Position numbers and translations under genes: made by a program. From NCBI GenBank assembly GCA_043821645.1, contig JBDRCO010000113.1, positions 128,001-192,000 of the forward strand: a stretch of DNA of 64,000 bases, in the 5' to 3' direction. This DNA comes from Pseudomonadota bacterium (GTDB lineage: Bacteria > Myxococcota > JACRCW01 > JAFGSX01). Under the pieces are notes generated by a model, which saw only the letters and a list, made by a program, of their open reading frames with translations, searched no databases and was not told the DNA's origin. Shown in pieces: positions 57,552-64,000 of the stretch (within the stretch, counting starts at the first letter, position 1; every line of letters begins with the position of its first letter).

Positions 57552-58367
57552 TCAGCGTGGATGGCGTCCCGGCACGGGCAGGGTCCGTCCCAGGCGTTCC
57601 ATCACGCTTTTCAGATCGTCCCACACCTGCCGCTTGGCCGAGGCATTGCGCAGCAGGTAGGCCGGGTGAAAGGTCGGCATCAGGTCTATGCCCTGGTATT
57701 CGGTCCAGTGCCCGCGCAGCCTGGACACGGGCGTCGTCGAGCGCAGCAGGGTCTGGACGGCCACCTTGCCAAGGGTCACGATCACCCGAGGTCGGATGGC
57801 GTCGAGCTGGTCCTTGAGGAAAGGTTCACAGGCTTCGACCTCATCGGTTTCCGGATCGCGGTTCCCGGGCGGCCGGCACTTGACGATGTTGCAGATGTAA
57901 ACCTTCTCCCGGGTGTAGCCCATGGCCTCGATCATCTTGGTCAGCAGCTCGCCCGCTGCACCGACAAAGGCCAGGCCCTGCTTGTCTTCTTCGGCGCCAG
58001 GGCCCTCACCCACGAACACCAGCTCGGCCTCGGCGCTGCCCTGGCCGAACACGATGCTGTGGCGCCCCCGGTGCAGCTTGCAGCGCGTGCACTCGCCCAG
58101 ATTGGTGCGAACCTGCTGCAGACGGGCTGCCGGGTCTCCGCTGGCGCGCGGTGCACCATCGGCAACGGGATCCTGCCGTCTCACCTCGTCGACAGGCTTG
58201 GCGTGGTGCTCGGAAGGCTGTGGGGGGTCCGCCTGTGGCGCGGTGAGGCGGCCCGCGGCCGGAGCCGGCACGCCGCTCAGTCTGGTCAAGCCGAGCCAAG
58301 CGAGGTGACCCCGCAACCCGTCCACCAGTTCTCGCCGCAGCGCATCCCGGTTGCTCTCGCCCACCAC
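57552..58367 (-). CDS. Uracil-DNA glycosylase family 4 (Fe-S)
   Basis: CTRCKL, VGEGPG.EED..G..FVG.AG.LL, NIVKCRPP.NRDP, TFHPAYLLR; GGAGGAG RBS. Confidence 0.93.
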   Translation of the reverse strand: MVGESNRDALRRELVDGLRGHLAWLGLTRLSGVPAPAAGRLTAPQADPPQPSEHHAKPVDEVRRQDPVADGAPRASGDPAARLQQVRTNLGECTRCKLHRGRHSIVFGQGSAEAELVFVGEGPGAEEDKQGLAFVGAAGELLTKMIEAMGYTREKVYICNIVKCRPPGNRDPETDEVEACEPFLKDQLDAIRPRVIVTLGKVAVQTLLRSTTPVSRLRGHWTEYQGIDLMPTFHPAYLLRNASAKRQVWDDLKSVMERLGRTLPVPGRHPR

Positions 58368-58393
58368 GCTCCTCCCTCTTGTGAGACGTCCGA

Positions 58394-58780
58394 TCAGCTC
58401 GCCTCGACGCTGATGGTGTAGCCCGGAAGCACGGCGCTGGCCAGTAGCATGTCGCGGAGTCCGTCCCTCGGGAAGGGCCCGTAGCCCAGCGAGGTCCCGT
58501 AGAGGCGCAGTGTGCACAGCCTGTCATCCCGCTCGAAGCGTCCACCTCCGAGCACCTGCACGCGCGGCTCCGGGATCACGATCCCCTGGGCGTCGCTACG
58601 GGTCACTGCCACGCCCTGCTCGGCGCAGTAGCGCTCGACGATATGGGCATGAAAGCTCGCCAGGGATCGCGCAGCGAGACAGAGCTGCACCGCACCCTCG
58701 TGCCGCAGCAGCACGAACTTGCCACTCCCGGATTCTCCGTCGTCACGGTAGTGAATCAACTGCAGCCGCACGGCGCTCAT
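58394..58780 (-). CDS. Janus/Ocnus (PHPT1 phosphohistidine phosphatase)-like protein
   Basis: GKFVLL..FHAHI..LGGGR..LYGTSLGYGP in the same order as the PHPT1 motifs KYVLI/YHADI/LGGGR/VYGYSMAYGP; 128 aa. Confidence 0.65.
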   Translation of the reverse strand: MSAVRLQLIHYRDDGESGSGKFVLLRHEGAVQLCLAARSLASFHAHIVERYCAEQGVAVTRSDAQGIVIPEPRVQVLGGGRFERDDRLCTLRLYGTSLGYGPFPRDGLRDMLLASAVLPGYTISVEAS

Positions 58781-59485
58781 TCAGTAGCAGGTCTCTTCCC
58801 ACCACCCCGCAGGGCAGTAGCCGTCTTCCCAGTATCCGTCGTAGATCCAGCGCCACTCGCAGATGTCGTAGCCGTACGAGTCGCAGCAGTAGCACTCCTC
58901 GATCTGGTACGAGGTGTCGACCCAGTAGTCAGGCTCACAGGAATCCTGTTTCCAGGTCCACCAGCAGTACGGATAGCCCGCGTCCGTCGTCGGCATGGGC
59001 GTGCCGTTGAACACGCAAAAGCACTCCTGACCCAGCCACTGCCCTCCGCTGGTGGTGCAGGTGGTCATCATCTGGTTGTCTGGATCGCAGACACACAGGC
59101 TGTTGAGACACTCGTAGCCCGAGTTCTGGTCGCCAAAGTGCGGTGCGCAATCCTGCCACACCCGGCAAGGCTGGGTCCCTGGAGGAGGCACGCGGCTGTC
59201 GGACCCCGCCGCATCCCTTCGTGGCCCGATGACCAGGTCCAGGCCCGCGGTGTCGCGAAGCCCGCCGCTATCCAGGCGGGGGCCGATGTGCCCGTCCAGG
59301 GATCCCCCGTCGAGCAAGGCAGGCCCGTCGTGCCCAGCGCGGTCCAGGCCCTGCTGGTCGCGACCCCAGGCATCCGCCAAGGTTCCCCCATCCGGGCCAG
59401 GCCCCTCGACCACGTCGCGCTTGGTCGAGGCCGGCGCGCACGCCACGGCCACGACCAGCATCGCACTGAAACCGCACAGCCTCAT
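58781..59485 (-). CDS. Lipoprotein with Cys-rich module and Trp/Tyr/Cys/acidic C-terminal hairpin
   Basis: Lipobox AVAC, DGG linker, tail YCWWTW..YWVD..CYCCD..CEWRWIYDGYWEDGYCPAGWWEETCY. Confidence 0.65.
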   Translation of the reverse strand: MRLCGFSAMLVVAVACAPASTKRDVVEGPGPDGGTLADAWGRDQQGLDRAGHDGPALLDGGSLDGHIGPRLDSGGLRDTAGLDLVIGPRRDAAGSDSRVPPPGTQPCRVWQDCAPHFGDQNSGYECLNSLCVCDPDNQMMTTCTTSGGQWLGQECFCVFNGTPMPTTDAGYPYCWWTWKQDSCEPDYWVDTSYQIEECYCCDSYGYDICEWRWIYDGYWEDGYCPAGWWEETCY

Positions 59486-59550
59486 GCTCTCCATTGTAGA
59501 CGGGCTCGCCTGGGTCGACAACGCGAGGTCGTGCGAAGCCAAAGAAGGGA

Positions 59551-61053
59551 TCAGCGAGGAGCCTGGAGCTTGAGGTCCAGGCTGGCGCCATCGGCGCTGG
59601 TGACCAGGGCGGTCAGGTCAAAGTCCTGGTCGAGCTTGAGTTCCAGGGTCAGCTCGCCAGCGTGCTGTGCCAGCCATCCGGCCTCGATGCGCAGTGAGCC
59701 CAGGAACTCGCGATCCACGCTCTGGGCGTCCACGGCCTCGTACACGCCCACCACCAGAGGGTTGCCCAGGGCCGGGAGCTGCTGGATGGTGGTCCGGCGA
59801 ACGCAGGGGATGCCCGTGTTGCGCGGGATCACCTCGGTGCTCCCCAGCCCCGGGATGATCACACCGATGGGAATGGACACCACGTCCACCAGGTCAGGTC
59901 CTCCGGGCATGCCCAGGCCACGCCCGAGAATCGCAGCGCCCACCGCCACACCCAGCTCCGGGTTGATGTTCTTGCCGGGATCGCTCCTGAACGCCGCAGC
60001 CATGCGTCGCTGCAAGGCGAGCATGCGGGTCTGACCTCCCACGAACACCAGCTCATCGATGTCAGGTGGAGCCATGCCGGCCTTGCGCACGAGTTGCTCG
60101 CTAGCCCCCAGGGTCTTCTCGATGAGGTTGCTGGTGAGCAGCTCCAGGGCATCGCGGGTGAGCGCGTGCTCGAAATCCAGCGGCTGGGTGCCCTTGTAGG
60201 CCAGCATGGGTACCCGGATGGTGGACTGCTCGGCCGTCGACAGCTCGATCTTGGCGCGCTCGGCGGCGAAGATGACCCGCTGCATCAAGGTGCGGTTGTT
60301 CTGCACCTCGACGCCATGCTGGTTCTCGAAGCGCTCGACCAGGCGGCGCGCGATCTGCTCGTCGAAGTCGCTGCCACCCAGAAAGGGATCGCCGCCCGAG
60401 GCCAGTACCAGCACCAGCGAACCGCGGATGGCGACCAGGCTGATGTCGAAGGTGCCGCCCCCGAGGTCGTAGACCAGGATGGTCTGCTCGATGCCTCGCT
60501 TCTTTGCCGTGTACAGCGCCGCGGCCGTGGGCTCGTTGACGATGCCACGGACGTCCAGGCCACCCATTTCCGCAGCGGCACGCAAGGCCTGGCGCTGCGA
60601 GTAGCCGAAATGCGCGGGCACGGTCAGCACACACTCGTCGAAGTCCTCACCTGCGGCCGCGTTGGCCAGCTCGACCATGCGATGGATGACGTTGAACGCG
60701 ATCTCCGTGAAGCCCACGGCCTGGCCGTGCACCATGACCGCGGCCTTGCCGCCTTCTCCCTCGACGATGTCGTAGGAGAAGCGTTCACGGGCGTGCGAGA
60801 CGAAGTGCGATCGGAACGGTCTGCCGATGAAGCGCTTGGGAGCGTGAATGGTGTTGCGCGGATCATCGATGACCATGCGCAGGGCCTCGGCGCCGACCAC
60901 ATAGCGGTCGCGGGCCTTGAACCACACCACCGAGGGCAGGATGTGGCTGCGCTCCGACACCGGGACCACGTGCAGGGTCCCCTTGTGGTCTATCCAGGCC
61001 GCCTTGGTGTTGGTGGTCCCGAAATCGATTCCGAGAACAGGGTTCGTCGGCAT
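59551..61053 (-). CDS. Atypical Hsp70/DnaK-family protein lacking the helical lid
   Basis: GIDFGTTNT, KRFIGR, TVPAHF, NEPTAAA, DLGGGTFD, AERAKIELS, VGGQTR; only 500 aa. Confidence 0.9.
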   Translation of the reverse strand: MPTNPVLGIDFGTTNTKAAWIDHKGTLHVVPVSERSHILPSVVWFKARDRYVVGAEALRMVIDDPRNTIHAPKRFIGRPFRSHFVSHARERFSYDIVEGEGGKAAVMVHGQAVGFTEIAFNVIHRMVELANAAAGEDFDECVLTVPAHFGYSQRQALRAAAEMGGLDVRGIVNEPTAAALYTAKKRGIEQTILVYDLGGGTFDISLVAIRGSLVLVLASGGDPFLGGSDFDEQIARRLVERFENQHGVEVQNNRTLMQRVIFAAERAKIELSTAEQSTIRVPMLAYKGTQPLDFEHALTRDALELLTSNLIEKTLGASEQLVRKAGMAPPDIDELVFVGGQTRMLALQRRMAAAFRSDPGKNINPELGVAVGAAILGRGLGMPGGPDLVDVVSIPIGVIIPGLGSTEVIPRNTGIPCVRRTTIQQLPALGNPLVVGVYEAVDAQSVDREFLGSLRIEAGWLAQHAGELTLELKLDQDFDLTALVTSADGASLDLKLQAPR

Positions 61054-61056
61054 GGA

Positions 61057-61497
61057 CTAGCCCTTCTCCTCGTCGCCAGGTCCCCCAGGCAGGCGCTTCC
61101 CCAGCAGCGAGCCGTGCAGAGGCAGGACCGGTCCCTCTTCCTGCATCGGTGTCGGCGGGCCCGGGGCGTAGTCCCTCAGCTTGTCCTCGGGCGTGGCCTG
61201 CTCGGCACCGCGAACCCGGATCTCCGACAGCTGTGCGCGCAAGCCGGCGATCTGAGCCTCCCGCCGGGATCGCGCCTCGGCCGCGCCGCTGCCCGCCTGC
61301 TCCGGATGCACCTGTTCGATCTGCTCGAGCAGGTGATCCAGCAGGGCCGCCTCGGACGAGCTGAGCTGACCCTTCTGGATCAGCTCCTGGACCGTGTCGA
61401 AGGTGATGGGGGGCGTCTGCAAAGGCGGCTCGCCGCGATCGATGGCTTCGCGCTCGGCCTGGACCCGGAAGCGAAGCATCATGTCGTCGATCTTCAT
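61057..61497 (-). CDS. Hypothetical helical/coiled-coil protein
   Basis: GGAGG RBS; ends 3 nt before the Hsp70 start. Confidence 0.55.
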   Translation of the reverse strand: MKIDDMMLRFRVQAEREAIDRGEPPLQTPPITFDTVQELIQKGQLSSSEAALLDHLLEQIEQVHPEQAGSGAAEARSRREAQIAGLRAQLSEIRVRGAEQATPEDKLRDYAPGPPTPMQEEGPVLPLHGSLLGKRLPGGPGDEEKG

Positions 61498-61550
61498 CCT
61501 GACCTCCGGTCGCTGTCTCGACTGCGCGAGCCCGTCACGGCCACCCAGTA

Positions 61551-61622
61551 TAGCCCCGGTGGGATTTGAACCCACGGCATGTAGCTTGTAATGCTACCAC
61601 TCTACCGCTGAGTTACGGGGCC
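61551..61622 (-). tRNA. tRNA-Val (TAC)
   Basis: GGCCCCG/CGGGGCT acceptor stem, D arm ACTC-agcggta-GAGT, anticodon arm GTAGC-ATTACAA-GCTAC, T arm GTGGG-TTCAAAT-CCCAC; CCA not encoded. Confidence 0.9.
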
Positions 61623-61710
61623 GCGACCGAGCAATATAGCCGATACGTCTCAGGCCGGCCAAGGGCGCAGACCAGACGCCATCCGATGCGGATTCGCTGT
61701 CCTGTCGTGC

Positions 61711-64000
61711 TCAGTGCGCGGTGGGCAACGGTTCCACGGGTGTGGTGTCGAGCGCCGGCTGTGCATTGGCGGCCTCGGCCTGGTTGAGCTGTTCGAAGAA
61801 GCGATCCGGATCCTCGAGCGCCAGGGCATGGCGCAGCACCTCGTCCATGTGCTCGACCGGCATGAAGCGCATTCCCTCGCGAACGATCGCAGGCAACTCT
61901 TCGAGATCTTTCTCGTTTTCTTTAGGAATGATCACCGTCTTGATCTCACTACGATAGGCCGCCAGGGCCTTCTCCTTGAGCCCGCCAATGGGCAGCACCC
62001 GGCCGCGAAGGGTGATCTCGCCTGTCATGGCGACCTCGGCCCGGGCCGGAATGCGCGTCAGGGCGCTGACCAGCGACGTGGCGAGGGTGATGCCTGCCGA
62101 GGGGCCGTCCTTGGGCGTGGCACCCTCGGGCACATGAATGTGCACGTCGATGTGCTGATAGAAATCCCGCGGCAAGCCCAGCGAAAACGCGCGCGAGCGC
62201 ACGTAGCTCATGGCGGCCTGGGCCGACTCCTGCATGATGTTGCCCAGGGCGCCGGTGGTGATCAGCTTGCCCTTGCCGGGCATCACCGTGACCTCGGTGC
62301 CGAGCAGTTCGCCGCCGACCTGGGTCCAGGCCAGGCCCGTGGCCACCCCGATCTGGTCCTGTTCCACACGCTTGCCGGTCCTGAAGCGCGGCACGCCGAG
62401 CATCTCGCGCACCAGCTCCGGGGTGACGTCGAGCTCGGTCAGGTCCTCCTTGACCACACGGCGCGCGATCTTGCGGCAGCAGCTGGCGATCTCGCGCTCG
62501 AGCTGCCGCACACCGGCCTCCCGGGTGTACTCCCCGAGGAGTGTGCCCAGCGCAGCCTCGCTGAAGCGGATCTCCCGCTTGTCCAGTCCATTGGCCTTGC
62601 GCTGCTTGGGCACCAGGTGCTTGACCGCGATGTCCAGCTTCTCGACGTCGATGTAGCCGGGGATGCGGATGATCTCGAGACGATCCTGCAGCGGCACCGG
62701 GATACCCTGCAGATGGTTGGCGGTGCAGATGAACATGACCTTGGACAGGTCATAATCGACGTCGAGATAGTGGTCGTTGAAGGTGTGGTTCTGCTCCTGG
62801 TCGAGCACCTCGAGCAAAGCGCTCGAGGGGTCTCCCCGAAAATCCGAGCTCAGCTTGTCGACCTCGTCGAACAGGAACACGGGATTGGACGATCCCGCCT
62901 TCTTCATGCCCTGCAGCACCTTGCCCGGCAGGGCACCGATGTAGGTGCGGCGGTGACCGCGGATCTCGGCCTCGTCGCGAACCCCGCCCAGGGAGGCGCG
63001 AATGAAGCGGCGACCGGTGGCGCGCGCGATGGACTTGGCGAGCGAGGTTTTGCCCACCCCGGGCGGTCCCACGAAGCACAGGATGGGCCCCTTCATGTCC
63101 TCGACCAGGCGCTGCACGGCCAGGTGCTCGATGATGCGCTCCTTGACCTTGTCGAGCCCGCAGTGATCCTCATCCAGGATGTGCTCGGCCTCGTCGAGGT
63201 CCAGCTGATCCTCGGTGAAGTCGTTCCACGGGATGCCCAGCATCCAGTCCAGGTAGTTGCGCACCACCGTGGCTTCGGGGCTCATGGGGCTCATCATCTT
63301 GAGCTTCTTGAGCTCGCGGTCGGCCTTCTGGCGCGCCTCCTCACTCAGACGCTTCTTGGTGATCTGCTCCTGCAGCTCCTCGAGTTCGCCCTTGAACTCG
63401 TCCTTCTCGCCGAGCTCGGTCTGGATCGCCTGCATCTGCTCGTTGAGGAAATACTGGCGCTGCGAGCGCTCCATGCTCTCCTTCATGCGCTCGCGGATGC
63501 GTTGCTCGGTGCGCAGGATCTCGAGCTCGCCGTGCAGCAGGGCCAGCAAGCGCTCCAGGCGATCGCCGATCCCTCCCAGCTCGAGCAGACCCTGCTTGTC
63601 ACTGGTCTTGAGCGGGAGCTGCGCGATGAGAAGCTCCGACAGCTTGTCCGCGCTCTCCGTCGACGCCACGTCGGTGATCAGTTCGGCCGCCAGGCGCTTC
63701 TTGAGCTCGGCATAGCTGGCAAAGGCCTCCTTGACCTGGCGCACCAGGGCCTCGGCTTCCACCACTGGGGCGGCCGTGTCCTCGAGCTGCTCGGCGACCG
63801 CGGTCATGGCGCCCTCGACCAGCTGCAGTGCCGTGGCCTGGACCCGGACCTGGCCCTCGACCAGAACCTTGACCGTACCGTCGGGCATGCGCAGGAGCTG
63901 CAGCAGCTTGCTCAGACACCCGACCGCGTACAGATCCTCGACACCGGGATCGTCGATGCGTGCCTTGCGCTGGGTCAACAGCACGATCTGGCGATCGCTC
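61711..64000 (-). CDS. lon: ATP-dependent Lon protease (N-terminus beyond window)
   Basis: [32 protein letters not shown] (Ser), GGLKEK (Lys). Confidence 0.97.
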   Translation of the reverse strand, partial: SDRQIVLLTQRKARIDDPGVEDLYAVGCLSKLLQLLRMPDGTVKVLVEGQVRVQATALQLVEGAMTAVAEQLEDTAAPVVEAEALVRQVKEAFASYAELKKRLAAELITDVASTESADKLSELLIAQLPLKTSDKQGLLELGGIGDRLERLLALLHGELEILRTEQRIRERMKESMERSQRQYFLNEQMQAIQTELGEKDEFKGELEELQEQITKKRLSEEARQKADRELKKLKMMSPMSPEATVVRNYLDWMLGIPWNDFTEDQLDLDEAEHILDEDHCGLDKVKERIIEHLAVQRLVEDMKGPILCFVGPPGVGKTSLAKSIARATGRRFIRASLGGVRDEAEIRGHRRTYIGALPGKVLQGMKKAGSSNPVFLFDEVDKLSSDFRGDPSSALLEVLDQEQNHTFNDHYLDVDYDLSKVMFICTANHLQGIPVPLQDRLEIIRIPGYIDVEKLDIAVKHLVPKQRKANGLDKREIRFSEAALGTLLGEYTREAGVRQLEREIASCCRKIARRVVKEDLTELDVTPELVREMLGVPRFRTGKRVEQDQIGVATGLAWTQVGGELLGTEVTVMPGKGKLITTGALGNIMQESAQAAMSYVRSRAFSLGLPRDFYQHIDVHIHVPEGATPKDGPSAGITLATSLVSALTRIPARAEVAMTGEITLRGRVLPIGGLKEKALAAYRSEIKTVIIPKENEKDLEELPAIVREGMRFMPVEHMDEVLRHALALEDPDRFFEQLNQAEAANAQPALDTTPVEPLPTAH

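Noticed and set aside
58394-61622. tRNA-anchored genomic island
   Set aside because: No integrase, no direct repeat of the tRNA 3' end and no obvious composition shift

Overview
High-GC window from a myxobacterium-like organism (Myxococcota/'Deltaproteobacteria'). This is inferred from TIGR02266/PilZ, zinc-ribbon-GYF-TPR and Cys/'DAG'-rich lipoproteins, and sigma54 enhancer-type regulation. It holds about 48 CDSs, one tRNA-Val(TAC), and no clear IS, prophage or CRISPR. Housekeeping genes include pta, lysAC, lon, UDG, an lpxL-like gene, folE/queD and a frameshifted nfeD. Metal-resistance loci are copZ-copA and a sigma54-driven cusCBA-like operon with its own two-component system. The most interesting observations are: (1) an ECF sigma / Zn anti-sigma / exported caspase operon in which the caspase and the anti-sigma share an 'ARGG' motif, a candidate caspase-triggered trans-envelope signalling switch; (2) an apparent bacterial homologue of the eukaryotic phosphohistidine phosphatase PHPT1/Janus; (3) a Ser/Thr/Lys-repeat protein, a divergent NadE-like enzyme and an orphan SagB/ThcOx oxidase, a possible novel peptide-modification locus; (4) a BpsA-like aminopropyltransferase fused to a degenerate AdoMetDC-like domain; (5) a CusA with an inserted split heavy-metal-binding domain; (6) a dispersed two-hairpin repeat with compensatory base changes. 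All calls come from motif recognition by eye. No database searches were run.
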